Shown here piece by piece: positions 19,994-29,763 of a stretch of 61,998 nucleotides of DNA (the first letter of the stretch is position 1; every line of letters starts with the position of its first letter). Under the pieces are notes generated by a model. That model saw nothing but the letters and a program-made list of their open reading frames with translations, was not told the DNA's origin and did not search any database. Source of the DNA: Acidobacteriota bacterium. GTDB lineage: Bacteria > Acidobacteriota > Thermoanaerobaculia > Multivoradales > JAGPDF01. Both the position numbers and the translations under genes were made by a program. The stretch covers positions 1 through 61,998 of the forward strand of contig JAAYLR010000235.1 of assembly GCA_012521815.1 (NCBI GenBank), given 5' to 3'.

Positions 19994-20035
19994 CAAAAGA
20001 AAACAAACCAGCGCCGGGGCTGCCGGTCGCTGGTT
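19994..20035 (-). terminator. Intrinsic terminator of ssrA (also closes the convergent nuclease gene)
   Basis: The minus strand reads AACCAGCGaCCGG-cagcc-CCGGCGCTGGTT followed by TGTTTTCTTTT, 11 nt after the tmRNA 3' end. Confidence 0.6.
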
Positions 20036-20046
20036 CGGTTGGTTGA

Positions 20047-20398
20047 TGGTGGAGGCGGTGGGAGTCGAACCCACGTCCGGAGAACGCGTCCCGCGAGCAT
20101 CTACGCGCGTAGCCTTCGTTTCAGGTCATCGCCCCTGCGCAGTGGGAGAAGGCCCCCGGCGCAGGCGCCAGCTACGTTTCGACGATCCCGCCGCGGTACG
20201 GAGCCAACCGTGGCGTTCGGTCCACTTTAGCGACGCTCTGGCCCGTGCCGTGGACGAGGGCCCATGGCCAGAACGTGGCGGTCAATCAAGCCGCCAGGGC
20301 GAAGTTGTCGTTGGCAGTTGTGAAGTGCCGTTTTACGAGCGCTAGCTCGGCACGCACCCGCGAACCGCCCTGTTCCCCGTCGAAACCGGTGCGCCCCC
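20047..20398 (-). ncRNA. ssrA: tmRNA (transfer-messenger RNA), tag peptide ANDNFALAA
   Basis: The minus-strand 5' end is GGGGGCGCACCGGTTTCGACGGGGAAC. The 3' end is GGGTTCGACTCCCACCGCCTCCACCA. An internal reading frame GCC AAC GAC AAC TTC GCC CTG GCG GCT TGA spans 20286-20315. Confidence 0.9.
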
Positions 20399-20529
20399 AG
20401 TTGTGAAAGAGCCGGTGCGGGTGGCGATGGCCACCCCGCACTCCCGAGAACGCGACCGGCGGGCCGGGGATTCCCGGGGGCGGCAGGGTACCACGACGAG
20501 GGTGGTCCGGGGCGGGTGCGCCCGCCTCG

Positions 20530-20988
20530 TCACCCCGCCTCGCCGCCAAGCCGGGCGCGGACGGCGTCGAGGAACTCGCGGGGGCCGGCGTTGCGCAGGC
20601 GGGCGACGACGAGCCACCAGGCGGTGAGCGAGAGCAGGAGCGCGGCGGGCAGGAGCCGGATGAGGCGGGGGAAGAACGGCCAGAGCAGGGTACCGAGGCC
20701 GGCGGCGGCGGCGAGCAGGAGGATGGCGACCGCCGGACGGTGGACGTGGATCTCGGCCTCGCCCGGGTGCCAGCCGATCTCCGTGCCGGCCTCGGGGTCC
20801 TCGGATCGGGGAGCGAGGGCGATCTCGCCCCGGACCCGGCCGCGGCGCAGGCCGTAGAGGACGGGCAGGTCGAGCCGGCCGCCGCGCGCGTGCCCCTCCC
20901 AGCCGGCCCCCCAGAGCTCCGCTTCGGCGGCGAGCGCGGCGAGCGCGGCCTCCGGCGCCCCTTCGACCTCGATCCGGAGCGTCTCCAT
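20530..20988 (-). CDS. Hypothetical protein with two C-terminal transmembrane helices
   Basis: 152 aa (METLRIEVEG...). The ATG shares one base with the stop of the upstream aminotransferase gene (TGATG). I recognise no family. Confidence 0.5.
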   Translation of the reverse strand: METLRIEVEGAPEAALAALAAEAELWGAGWEGHARGGRLDLPVLYGLRRGRVRGEIALAPRSEDPEAGTEIGWHPGEAEIHVHRPAVAILLLAAAAGLGTLLWPFFPRLIRLLPAALLLSLTAWWLVVARLRNAGPREFLDAVRARLGGEAG

Positions 20989-21854
20989 CAGCCCGCCTCC
21001 TCCGCTGCGGCCCGCTCGCGCGCCGCGAGGGCGGCGGCGAGCCGGCGGGTCCAGGGGCCGACCGTCCCGTCGCCCACCGGGGTGCCGTCGAGCTGGACGA
21101 CCCCGCGCACACCGGTGAGGGTGCCGGAGACGAACAGCTCCCGCCACGCCTCCCGGTCGGCGAGGCGCGGGGCGCGCTCGACCACGGTGAGGCCGAGCCC
21201 GGCGGCGAGGTCGAGGAGGTGGGAGCGGGTCACCCCGGGCAGGACGACCGCGCCGAGCGGGTGGGTTTCGAGGACCTCGCCGTGGCGCACGAAGAGGTTC
21301 GTGTGCCCCCCTTCGCGCAGCTCCCCGCCGGGGCCCGCGAAGAGGACCTCGTCGGCGCCGGCGTGCGCCGCCGCGAGCCCGCCGAGGACCGAGCCGGCGA
21401 GCGCCGTGGTCTTCAGGTCGCAGCGCTGCCAGCGCCAGTCGGGGCGGGTGATCGCAGTGAGCCCCGGCGCCGCCGCCGGATCGGCGGGGAACGCATAGGC
21501 GGCGGGGAGGAGGAAGCGGGTCGGGGTGAGGCGCGCCCCGGGCTGGTGGAGCCGCTGCGGGGCGGCGCCGCGGGTCACCTGGACGTAGAGGGAGCCGTCG
21601 AACGGACCGGTGGCGGCAAGCAGCGCGGCGATCTCCGCCGCGAGCCCCTCTGGCCACGGGATCTCGAAACCGGCGAGGCTCGCGGCGAGCCGCGCGAGGT
21701 GCGCGGGGAGGAAGAGCGGGTGGCCGCCGAGCACCTTCATCGTCTCGTAGACGCTGTCGCCGAAGAGGAAGCCGCGGTCGAGCGGGGAGATCCGGGCCTC
21801 GGCGAGCGGCCCGATCCGGCCGTCGAGCGAGCAGAGCGGCGGCGGCGCGCTCAT
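20988..21854 (-). CDS. Class IV (fold-type IV) aminotransferase (branched-chain/D-amino-acid aminotransferase or ADC lyase family)
   Basis: 288 aa. The sequence reads RGFLFGDSVYETMKV...YVQVTRG...CDLKTTALAGSVL...EGGHTNLF...LPGVTR. Its ATG overlaps the dus stop (ATGA). Trimmed from track ORF 20988..22946. Confidence 0.8.
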   Translation of the reverse strand: MSAPPPLCSLDGRIGPLAEARISPLDRGFLFGDSVYETMKVLGGHPLFLPAHLARLAASLAGFEIPWPEGLAAEIAALLAATGPFDGSLYVQVTRGAAPQRLHQPGARLTPTRFLLPAAYAFPADPAAAPGLTAITRPDWRWQRCDLKTTALAGSVLGGLAAAHAGADEVLFAGPGGELREGGHTNLFVRHGEVLETHPLGAVVLPGVTRSHLLDLAAGLGLTVVERAPRLADREAWRELFVSGTLTGVRGVVQLDGTPVGDGTVGPWTRRLAAALAARERAAAEEAG

Positions 21855-22837
21855 GCGGCGGCCTCGTCGAGCGAGTCGAAGAACGCCTCCACGGCGGCGA
21901 GCAGGGCCTGGGCGTCCGGGAGCGACTGGAGCTGCTGGCGCAGGCGCCGTCCGCTCGGCAGCCCGTGGGTGTACCAGCCGGTGAACTTGCGCAGCTTGTG
22001 GAGCGCGAACTTCGACGGCTCGCGCTGGGCCACCGCCCGCAGATGGCCGACGATGAGCGAGCGCCGGTCGGCGATGGTCGGCAGGGAGCTCTCGCGGCCG
22101 GCCAGGTGGGCGGCGGTCTGGCGGAAGAGCCACGGGTTCTTCATCGCCGCCCGCCCGATCATCACCCCGTCGCAGCCGGTCGTCCGGAGCATCTCGGCCG
22201 CGTCGGCGGGGGTATGGATGTCGCCGTTGCCGATCACCGGGATTCCCACCGTCTCCTTGAGCCTGCCGATCGCCGGCCAGGCGGCCCGCGCCTCGCCGGT
22301 GAACATCTGCCGCGCGGTGCGGGTGTGGAGGGCGACGCCCTGCGCTCCCTCTCCCTCGCAGATCCGGCCGAGCTCGAGGTAGTTCTGCCGGGCAGTGTCG
22401 AGGCCGAGCCGGAACTTCACCGTGAGCGGGATCGCGATCGCCCGCCGGACCGCGGCGACGATCTCCCGGGCGCGGGCGAGATCGCCCATGAGCGCGCAGC
22501 CGGCGCACCCCTTGAGGATCTTGTTCGCCGGGCAGCCCATGTTGATGTCGCAGGCGTCGGCGCCGAGCGCCTCGACCTGCCGCGCGGCCTCGGCCATCGT
22601 CGCGGGGTCGGAGCCGTAGATCTGGATCGCGAGCGGCCGCTCCTCGGGGACGAAGTGGAGCAGGTCGAGGGTGCGGCGGATCCCGAGCACGAGCGCCTTC
22701 GACGGGATGAACTCCATCGTCACGAGGCCGACGCCGCCGAGCCGCCGGACGATGAGGCGGAAGTCCCGGTCGGTCACCCCGGCCATCGGGGCGAGGACGA
22801 GCGGCGGGTCGATGGCGAGCGAACCGAGGCGCAGCAT
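21851..22837 (-). CDS. dus: tRNA-dihydrouridine synthase
   Basis: 328 aa. The sequence reads LVLAPMAGVTDRDFRLI...DINMGCP...ALHTRT, a Dus family pattern. Confidence 0.85.
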   Translation of the reverse strand: MLRLGSLAIDPPLVLAPMAGVTDRDFRLIVRRLGGVGLVTMEFIPSKALVLGIRRTLDLLHFVPEERPLAIQIYGSDPATMAEAARQVEALGADACDINMGCPANKILKGCAGCALMGDLARAREIVAAVRRAIAIPLTVKFRLGLDTARQNYLELGRICEGEGAQGVALHTRTARQMFTGEARAAWPAIGRLKETVGIPVIGNGDIHTPADAAEMLRTTGCDGVMIGRAAMKNPWLFRQTAAHLAGRESSLPTIADRRSLIVGHLRAVAQREPSKFALHKLRKFTGWYTHGLPSGRRLRQQLQSLPDAQALLAAVEAFFDSLDEAAA

Positions 22838-23005
22838 GGGCCGGCCATTCTACAGGGCGGCGCCGGGGGCCATCCGGTGCCGGAAGCGCCCCGCGACACC
22901 CTCGGGAAGGCGGCCAACCCGTCTCCGGGACCGGTAGAATCGGCATGTCCGCCGCCCCCGGCCTGGCCGGGGGTTCAACCGATGCCGCCCGAAGGGAGCC
23001 CGCCG

Positions 23006-24202
23006 ATGACCCGTCTCCTGTCGTTGGAGGATCTCGACCTCGCCACGCTGCGCGGGGTGCCGGTCCTCGTCCGCGTCGACTTCAACGTGCCGCTCAAGGA
23101 GGGTCGCGTCACCGACGACACCCGGCTCGTCGAGGCGCTGCCCACGCTGCGCGAGCTCACCGCGGCCGGTGCCCGGCTGCTGCTCTGCTCGCACTGCGGG
23201 CGCCCGAAGGGGGAGCGGAACCCGAAGTACAGCCTGCGCCCGGCGGCCGACCGGCTCGCCGAGCTGCTCGGACGGCCGGTGGCGTTCGCCGACGACTGCA
23301 TCGGTGAGCCGGCCGCGGCCGCGGCCGCCGCGCTCGGCGACGGCGATCTCGTGCTGCTCGAAAACCTCCGCTACCACAAGGGGGAGGAGAAGAACGAGCC
23401 GGAGTTCGCCGCGGCGCTCGCCGCCAACGCGAAAGCGTACGTGGACGACGCCTTCGGCAGCGCCCATCGCGCCCACGCCTCGATCACCGGGGTGCTCCCG
23501 CACCTGCCGCGCAAGGCCGCCGGCCGGCTGCTCGTGCGCGAGGTCGAGGCGCTCGCCCGGCTGCTCGGCACGCCGGAGCGGCCGTTCGCGGCGCTCCTCG
23601 GCGGGGCGAAGATCGAAGGGAAGATCGACACGCTCGAAAACCTCCTGCCGCGGCTCGACCTGCTGCTCGTCGGCGGCGGCATGGCGAACACCTTCCTCGC
23701 CGCCGCGGGGCACGACCTGAAGGCCTCGCTCGTCGAGACCGAGCGGCTGGGGCTCGCGAAGGCGATCCTCGAGAGCGCCGCCGAGCGGGGGATCGAGGTC
23801 CTCCTGCCCACCGACCTCGTGGTGACCGACAGCTTCGAGGCGCCGACGCGGCACGAGACGGTCGCCGCCGATGCGGTGCCGGACGGGATGCTCGCGGTCG
23901 ACATCGGCCCGGCCACCCGGGAGGCGTTCGCCGCCGCCGTCGGCCGGGCGCGGACCCTCTTCTGGAACGGTCCGCTCGGGGTCTTCGAGAAGCCGCCGTT
24001 CGACGCCGGCACCCGCGCCCTCGCCGCGGCGCTCGCCGCCTGCCCCGGCTTCACCGTGATCGGCGGCGGCGAGACGGTGGCCGCCGCCCGTCAGGCGGGG
24101 GTGGCCGAGCGGCTCGGGCACGTCTCGACGGGCGGGGGCGCTTCGCTCGAGTTCCTCGCCGGACGCGAGCTGCCGGGCGTCGCGGCGCTGGTGAAGGGGT
24201 GA
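23006..24202 (+). CDS. pgk: Phosphoglycerate kinase
   Basis: ATG at 23006 follows GAAGGGAG. The sequence reads VLVRVDFNVPLKEGRVTDDTRL...SHCGRPKG...LLENLRYHKGEE...GGGDT-like GGGETV. Trimmed from track ORF 21965..24202. Confidence 0.9.
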   Translation: MTRLLSLEDLDLATLRGVPVLVRVDFNVPLKEGRVTDDTRLVEALPTLRELTAAGARLLLCSHCGRPKGERNPKYSLRPAADRLAELLGRPVAFADDCIGEPAAAAAAALGDGDLVLLENLRYHKGEEKNEPEFAAALAANAKAYVDDAFGSAHRAHASITGVLPHLPRKAAGRLLVREVEALARLLGTPERPFAALLGGAKIEGKIDTLENLLPRLDLLLVGGGMANTFLAAAGHDLKASLVETERLGLAKAILESAAERGIEVLLPTDLVVTDSFEAPTRHETVAADAVPDGMLAVDIGPATREAFAAAVGRARTLFWNGPLGVFEKPPFDAGTRALAAALAACPGFTVIGGGETVAAARQAGVAERLGHVSTGGGASLEFLAGRELPGVAALVKG

Positions 24203-24954
24203 GTGCCGTGCGCGCCCGCCGTCCGCTCGCCGCCGCGAACTGGAAGATGCACCTCCTCCGCGCCGACGCCGAGCGCTACTGCGCGGCGCTCCGGGCCGGG
24301 CTGCCGGCGGCGCCCGCCGCCGAGGTCGTGCTCTTCCCCTCCTTCCCGCTCCTGCCGCCGGTGGCGGCGGCGCTCGGCGGCGCTCCCGTCGCCTGGGGCG
24401 GGCAGGATCTCCACGCCGCGGAGAAGGGGGCGCACACCGGCGACGTCGCGGGCGCCCAGCTCGCCGACGCCGGCTGCACCTGGGTCCTCTGCGGCCACAG
24501 TGAGCGGCGCCGCGACCATGGCGAGGGGGACGCGGCGGTCGCCGCGAAGGTGGCCGCCGCGGTTCGCGACGGCCTCCAGCCGCTCCTCTGCCTCGGCGAG
24601 ACCCGCGAGGAACGCCACGCCGGCCAGACCTTCGCGGTGCTCGAACGGCAGCTGCGCGAGGGGCTCGCGAGCCGCCCGGAGCGCTTCGCCGTCGCCTACG
24701 AGCCGGTCTGGGCGATCGGCACGGGGGAGACGGCCACCCCGGAGCTCGCGGCCGAGGCGCACGCCTTCCTGCGCGGGCAGCTCGCCGCCCTCGGCTTCCC
24801 AGCGGCGGCCGTCCGGATCCTCTACGGGGGGTCGGTGACCCCGGAGAACGCCGGCGAGCTCGCCGCCCGGGAGGAGATCGACGGCTTCCTCGTCGGCGGG
24901 GCGAGCCTTGACCCGGGGCGATTCCTCGATATCATCTCCCGTCTCGGTGCCTGA
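24199..24954 (+). CDS. tpiA: Triosephosphate isomerase
   Basis: 251 aa. The sequence reads ANWKMH...CGHSERR...AYEPVWAIGTG...YGGSV. The GTG start overlaps the pgk stop (GTGA). Confidence 0.9.
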   Translation: MSAVRARRPLAAANWKMHLLRADAERYCAALRAGLPAAPAAEVVLFPSFPLLPPVAAALGGAPVAWGGQDLHAAEKGAHTGDVAGAQLADAGCTWVLCGHSERRRDHGEGDAAVAAKVAAAVRDGLQPLLCLGETREERHAGQTFAVLERQLREGLASRPERFAVAYEPVWAIGTGETATPELAAEAHAFLRGQLAALGFPAAAVRILYGGSVTPENAGELAAREEIDGFLVGGASLDPGRFLDIISRLGA

Positions 24955-24980
24955 GGGCGCCGCTCCGGAGGTTTCCCGCG

Positions 24981-25343
24981 GTGATCTATCTCATCTACAC
25001 GATCCACGTCGTCGTCTGCATCTTCCTGATCCTGGTCGTGCTGCTGCAGCAGGGCAAGGGCGCCGACCTCTCCATCTTCGGCGGCGGCAGCTCGATGGCG
25101 GCCTTCGGCGCGCGCAGCGCCACGAGCCTGCTCCACCGGCTCACCGTGGGGGCGTTCGTCGCCTTCATCGTCACCACGCTGGCGATCGCGCTCCTGCAGG
25201 GCAAGGCGCACGGGACGTCGGTGATGGCGGGCGCTGCGGCGGCCTCCGCCCCGGCTACGCCGGCCTCGGCGCCGGCCTCCGAACCGGCGCCGGCCCCGGA
25301 GTCCGCGCCGGCCCCGGTCTCCGCGCCCGCGCCGGTCGAGTAG
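24981..25343 (+). CDS. secG: Preprotein translocase subunit SecG with an Ala/Pro-rich C-terminal tail
   Basis: 120 aa. The sequence reads VLLQQGKGADLSIFGGGSS..FGARS. The tail reads AAAASAPATPASAPASEPAPAPESAPAPVSAPAPVE. Confidence 0.85.
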   Translation: MIYLIYTIHVVVCIFLILVVLLQQGKGADLSIFGGGSSMAAFGARSATSLLHRLTVGAFVAFIVTTLAIALLQGKAHGTSVMAGAAAASAPATPASAPASEPAPAPESAPAPVSAPAPVE

Positions 25344-25415
25344 GGCCTCGGGATACCGGGACGGCGGCCCGCGCCGCCGTCCCGGAAGCTGGTAGACTTT
25401 TCGCGGTTCTTTGAT

Positions 25416-25500
<85 letters not shown>

Positions 25501-25516
25501 ATCCTTTTTGCAACCC

Positions 25517-25553
25517 TCAAAAATCGAGAGGCCCGGCGAGATGCCGGGCCTCT
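25517..25553 (-). terminator. Intrinsic terminator for the PPIase operon (11-bp perfect stem plus U-tract on the minus strand); may also stop the tRNA-Leu transcript
   Basis: AGAGGCCCGGC-gagat-GCCGGGCCTCT spans 25527-25553. On the minus strand it is followed by CGATTTTTG. Confidence 0.6.
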
Positions 25554-25591
25554 TCGTCATCGGGACAGCTCCCGGTGCGGGAGCCGTGCGC

Positions 25592-26167
25592 TCAGGGGGT
25601 GACGAGCGTCGCCTTGGTGATCGTGACCGCCTCGACGGGCACGTTCTGGTGCGGGCCGCGGTTGCCGGTCTTCACCTTGGCGATCGCGTCGACCACGTCC
25701 ATCCCCTCGACCACCTTGCCGAAGACCGCGTAGCCCCAATCCTGCGGCGTCTTGCCGCGGTAGTCGAGGAAGGTGTTGTCGACGAGGTTGATGAAGAACT
25801 GCGCGGTGGCGCTGTGCGGGTCGTTGGTGCGCGCCATCGCCACGGTGCCGCGGCGGTTCTTCAGGCCGTTGTCGGCCTCGTTCTGGACCGCGGCGCGGGT
25901 CGGCTTCTGCTGCATCTCGGCGCTGAAGCCGCCGCCCTGGATCATGAAGCCGGGGATCACCCGGTGGAAGACCGTGCCGTCGTAGTGGCCGTCGCGCACG
26001 TACTGGAGGAAGTTCTCGACGGTCTTCGGCGCCTTGGCGGCGTCGAGCTCGAGCACGATCACCCCCTGGCTCGTCTCGAACCGGACGCGGGGGGACTTGC
26101 CCACCGCCTCGGTGGCGGGCGGGTCGTTGAGCAGCAGGGCGGCGGCGAGCAGCAGGACGGGGCTCAT
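25592..26167 (-). CDS. ppiA: Periplasmic cyclophilin-type peptidyl-prolyl cis-trans isomerase
   Basis: 191 aa with a signal-like N-terminus. The sequence reads [15 protein letters not shown]...[21 protein letters not shown]. The ATG overlaps the upstream gene stop (ATGA). Confidence 0.9.
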   Translation of the reverse strand: MSPVLLLAAALLLNDPPATEAVGKSPRVRFETSQGVIVLELDAAKAPKTVENFLQYVRDGHYDGTVFHRVIPGFMIQGGGFSAEMQQKPTRAAVQNEADNGLKNRRGTVAMARTNDPHSATAQFFINLVDNTFLDYRGKTPQDWGYAVFGKVVEGMDVVDAIAKVKTGNRGPHQNVPVEAVTITKATLVTP

Positions 26168-26511
26168 CGGATCGGCAACTCCTTCGGGTCGGGACCTCCC
26201 GCCGGCCGGCAGACCGGGCATGGGCAGAGCCGGCGGAGGAGGTCGAAACGGTAGATCCCGGTGGCGTGACCGTCGGACCAGCGGAAGGTGAGGCCGTAGT
26301 TGCCCACCGGCTGGATGTCGAGCGGCACGACCGGGCGCTTCGGAGGGTGGAAGACGAGCTCGGCGGGGGCGTGCCCCTGGCAGGTGGCGCAGGGGCAGTA
26401 GCCGCGCAGCTCGTTGTACGGGTATTCGGAAAGGTGGCCGTCCGACCAGCGGATCTCCAGGAGGCGCTCGTCGGGGTGGCGCCGAACCTCGATCGGGGTA
26501 GCGGTGCTCAT
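26164..26511 (-). CDS. DUF971 (gamma-butyrobetaine hydroxylase N-terminal-like) domain protein
   Basis: 115 aa. The sequence reads [27 protein letters not shown]...[25 protein letters not shown]. Trimmed from track ORF 26164..26661. Confidence 0.75.
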   Translation of the reverse strand: MSTATPIEVRRHPDERLLEIRWSDGHLSEYPYNELRGYCPCATCQGHAPAELVFHPPKRPVVPLDIQPVGNYGLTFRWSDGHATGIYRFDLLRRLCPCPVCRPAGGPDPKELPIR

Positions 26512-26742
26512 CGGTTCGTATCGGGGCCCGAAAGCGGGCCGCAAGCATCGATCATAGCCGCTGCCACGGCCGGGTGCGAGGGCGGCCTGCCCGACGCGGG
26601 GACGGTGGCGTCCCCCCGGGAGGACTCTTCGGGGCCGCGGAAGGGGGGTGGAAACCGGCACCGGTCTTGCTCGTATGCTTCTCCGGGCGGAGCCAGCAGC
26701 TCGATCGCCCCTCGCGATTTCGATCCGGAAGGAGGAGTTCCC

Positions 26743-27393
26743 GTGAGACTACGCACCTTCGTCCCTCTCGTCCTGGCGCTCTGCGCCACCACCGCCGCCT
26801 TCGCGCAGCCGCCCGCTTCCGGGTACCGCTTCGAGCTCACGCCGACGGTCTCCTGGCGCTTCGGCGGCGAGCTCGACGGGCGGGATCTCGCCTTCGTCAG
26901 GGCCGATCTGGAGGCCGACGACAGCGCCGCCTACGGTCTCACCCTCGACATCCCGCTCTCGCGCAGCCTGCAGCTCGAGCTGCTCGCCAACCGGCAGCGC
27001 ACCGACCTCGGCTTCGACGAAGGGCTCTTCGGTCCCGATCTCCGCTTCGCGAAGATGGACGTGAGCTACTACCACGTCGGCGTTCTCTTCCAGGGGCACA
27101 GCGGGCGGGTGAGCCCGTTCTTCGTCCTGAGTGGCGGGATCGGGGTCCTCGATCCGAAGCTGCCGGGGGCGCGGAGCGAGACGCGCGCCTCGGTGAGCCT
27201 CGGCGGCGGCGTCAAGGTCTTCTTCGACGATGCCGAGCACATCGGCCTGCGCTTCGAGGGGCGCGGCTTCTGGACCGACATCGGTGACGACTACGGCTGG
27301 GACTGCGGCTATCACGGCCACTACCGCCGCTGCGACTACGACGACGACTTCAGTCAGGGGCAGGTGTCGCTCGGGCTGATCATCGCCTGGTAG
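26743..27393 (+). CDS. Small outer-membrane beta-barrel protein (OmpW/OmpA-beta-barrel-like)
   Basis: GTG at 26743 follows GGAAGGAGGAG. It has a signal peptide (VRLRTFVPLVLALCATTAAFA), alternating beta-strand pattern and a C-terminal aromatic residue (..LGLIIAW). Confidence 0.65.
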   Translation: MRLRTFVPLVLALCATTAAFAQPPASGYRFELTPTVSWRFGGELDGRDLAFVRADLEADDSAAYGLTLDIPLSRSLQLELLANRQRTDLGFDEGLFGPDLRFAKMDVSYYHVGVLFQGHSGRVSPFFVLSGGIGVLDPKLPGARSETRASVSLGGGVKVFFDDAEHIGLRFEGRGFWTDIGDDYGWDCGYHGHYRRCDYDDDFSQGQVSLGLIIAW

Positions 27394-27459
27394 CCGGGCC
27401 CCCCGGACACCGAACGGACCGCGGGCGGGTCTCCGGCGGGAGGCCCGCCCGCTGGCGTC

Positions 27460-29736
27460 TCAGCCGCCCGTCGCCTCGACCCGGTTGCGCCCCGCGCCCT
27501 TGGCGCGGTAGAGCGCACGGTCGGCCTCGGCGAGCAGCTCGAGCGCGGTCGGGCTCCACTCCGCTTCGGCGTCGACGGCGGCGAGCCCGATCGAGACGGT
27601 GACCTTCAGGAGGGTGCCGTCGTCGAGCTCCACCGCGAGGTCGGCGACCGTCTGGCGCAGCTTCTCGGCCACCGCGACGGCGCCGGCGAGATCGGTCTCC
27701 GGCAGCACGACCAGGAACTCCTCGCCGCCGAAGCGGCCCACCGCGTCGGTCGCGCGCAGCGGCGCGGCGAGCGCCTGCGCCGCGCGCTTGAGCAGCAGGT
27801 CGCCGGCGAGATGCCCGTGCCGGTCGTTGACCGCCTTGAAGTGGTCGAGGTCGGCGAGGGCGAGGGCGAGCGGTCGGTGGTAGCGCAGCGCGCGGTTCAG
27901 CTCGAGGTCGAGCTCCTCGAGGATCGCCTCCCGGCGCAGGATCCCCGTGAGCCCCTCGAAGGTCGCCGACTCGAAGAGCCGCGCGTTTTCGAAGACCGTC
28001 GCCACGTGGTGGCTGAGCAGGTTGAGCAGCTCGAGCTCCTCGCTCGTGAACGGCCGCTGGTCGCGCTTCTCGCCGAGCAGCAGGAGCCCCACGAGCCGCT
28101 GCTGGGCGAGCAGCGGCACCGTGAGCTCGGCGTCGAGGCGGTGGAGGCGCTGCGCCATCGAGGCGCTGTGCGCCGCCGGCTGCCGGGCGGGCAGCGGGCG
28201 CGCCGCCCGGCAGAGGAGCTGGATGCCGGGGTCGTCGGGGGAGAGGAGGAACGACTGGTCGAACTGCTCCTCGAAATCGACGAGCGTCGAGGCGAGGGTG
28301 ACGAGCTGCTGGCCCTGCGGGGTGGCGATCAGCAGCGACGCGGAGTCGATGCCGAAGATCCCGGTCAGCTGGCCGACCAGGTGCCGCCCCATGAGCGGCA
28401 GCTTGCCGAGCGCCGGCAGCTCCCGGGCGAGCGCCACGAGCCGCTGCCGCACCGCCGAGCGCTCGGGGAAGAACCGGCGGTCGATGAGCCGCTGGAGCGC
28501 CTGGCGCAGCGGCGCGAAGAGGAGGCCGAGCAGCAGGGTCGCACCGGCGATCACCCAGACCGAGGCGTGCTGACTGCCGACCGCGTGCGAGAAGAGCGCA
28601 CCGCCGGCGCCGAGCGCGGCGTAGAAGACGAGCAGGAGGCTCGTGGTCAGCGCCGTGTAGAGGAGGCCGCGCCGGACCACCAGCTCGATGTCGAAGAGCT
28701 GGTACCGGTAGATCGCGACGAAGACCGCCACCGGGAACGGGAGCAGGATCAGCGGCCACTGGTCGAGCCACGCCCAGCGGGTGATGCCGAGCAGGTCGTG
28801 AGCGCTGCCGATCAGGACCGAGGCGACCCAGGGGAGCAGACCGATCAGCACCAGGCCGGCCTGCTGCCGGCCGCGGGGCTCGGGGTGCCGGGTCGCCTGC
28901 CGGCCGAGCAGCCAGGCCACCCCGAGCGCCCAGGCGGGGAAGCCGAAATGGAAGAGGGTGCGGTAGGCGCCGCGCGCGCTCCACGGCACGAGCCCCAACC
29001 CGAGGCCGTCGGAGAGGAAGCCCGCCGCGACCAGGAGGGTCGCGGTGAGACCGGCGGCGTAGAAGAGCGGCACCATCCACGGCCACCGGGAGACCCACGC
29101 CTGCCGCTCCGGGATCAGCGAGACGAGATGGAGCTCGAGACCGATCTGGATGCCGGTGATCCCGAGGTAGAAGAGCCCGGCCGCGAGCATGAGCGGCGAG
29201 TTGCCGATCAGCTGCTCCGAGGAGGGCGCGGCCAGCTCGAGCGCCACGGCGATCGTGAAGAGCTGCAGCAGCCGGGCGCGCAGGTCGCCACCGGCCTGCT
29301 CGCGCATCAGCCAGGCGATCGCGAGGTAGGCGAGGAGGGTGAGCGCGGTGAGCGCGCTCTGGAGCCACGGCAGCGGGATGCCGGGGCGCACCGTGACCTG
29401 GACCTCTTCCGTGCCGCGCAGGACGCGGTAGACGACCGGCTCGGCGCGGGTGAAGCGCGCCGCCACCGCGTGGTAGTCGAGCAGTTTCCGCACCTCGTGG
29501 CCGTTGACCGCGAGCACCCGGTCGCCGACGGCGAGCCCGTCCCGTTCGGCGGGCTGGCCGGGCTGGAGGCTCACGATCGTGAACCCCCCCGCCGCCGCCT
29601 CGCTGATCACGATCCCGATGCGGCGGCCGCTGCTCAGCTCCACCTGCCAGATCTGGAAGAGGAAGAGGCCGGCGACGGCGGCCGGAACGAGGAGACCGGC
29701 GAGGCGCCGCAGCGGGGAGGTGGCCGGAGTGTTCAC
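27460..29736 (-). CDS. Membrane-bound diguanylate cyclase: N-terminal PDZ, ~9 TM segments, GAF-like domain, C-terminal GGDEF
   Basis: 758 aa. The PDZ-like part reads GGFTIVSLQPGQPAERDGLAVGDRVLAVNG. The GGDEF part reads DHFKAVNDRHGHLAGD...RFGGEEF. Confidence 0.85.
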   Translation of the reverse strand: MNTPATSPLRRLAGLLVPAAVAGLFLFQIWQVELSSGRRIGIVISEAAAGGFTIVSLQPGQPAERDGLAVGDRVLAVNGHEVRKLLDYHAVAARFTRAEPVVYRVLRGTEEVQVTVRPGIPLPWLQSALTALTLLAYLAIAWLMREQAGGDLRARLLQLFTIAVALELAAPSSEQLIGNSPLMLAAGLFYLGITGIQIGLELHLVSLIPERQAWVSRWPWMVPLFYAAGLTATLLVAAGFLSDGLGLGLVPWSARGAYRTLFHFGFPAWALGVAWLLGRQATRHPEPRGRQQAGLVLIGLLPWVASVLIGSAHDLLGITRWAWLDQWPLILLPFPVAVFVAIYRYQLFDIELVVRRGLLYTALTTSLLLVFYAALGAGGALFSHAVGSQHASVWVIAGATLLLGLLFAPLRQALQRLIDRRFFPERSAVRQRLVALARELPALGKLPLMGRHLVGQLTGIFGIDSASLLIATPQGQQLVTLASTLVDFEEQFDQSFLLSPDDPGIQLLCRAARPLPARQPAAHSASMAQRLHRLDAELTVPLLAQQRLVGLLLLGEKRDQRPFTSEELELLNLLSHHVATVFENARLFESATFEGLTGILRREAILEELDLELNRALRYHRPLALALADLDHFKAVNDRHGHLAGDLLLKRAAQALAAPLRATDAVGRFGGEEFLVVLPETDLAGAVAVAEKLRQTVADLAVELDDGTLLKVTVSIGLAAVDAEAEWSPTALELLAEADRALYRAKGAGRNRVEATGG

Positions 29737-29763
29737 GGAGGCACCGGAGGAAGCTCGGGAATC

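Noticed and set aside
19980-20530. The tmRNA gene could be an integration hotspot with an adjacent island.
   Set aside because: ssrA is immediately followed by its terminator and a convergent host-GC nuclease gene. There is no duplicated ssrA 3' end, no integrase and no GC shift on either side.
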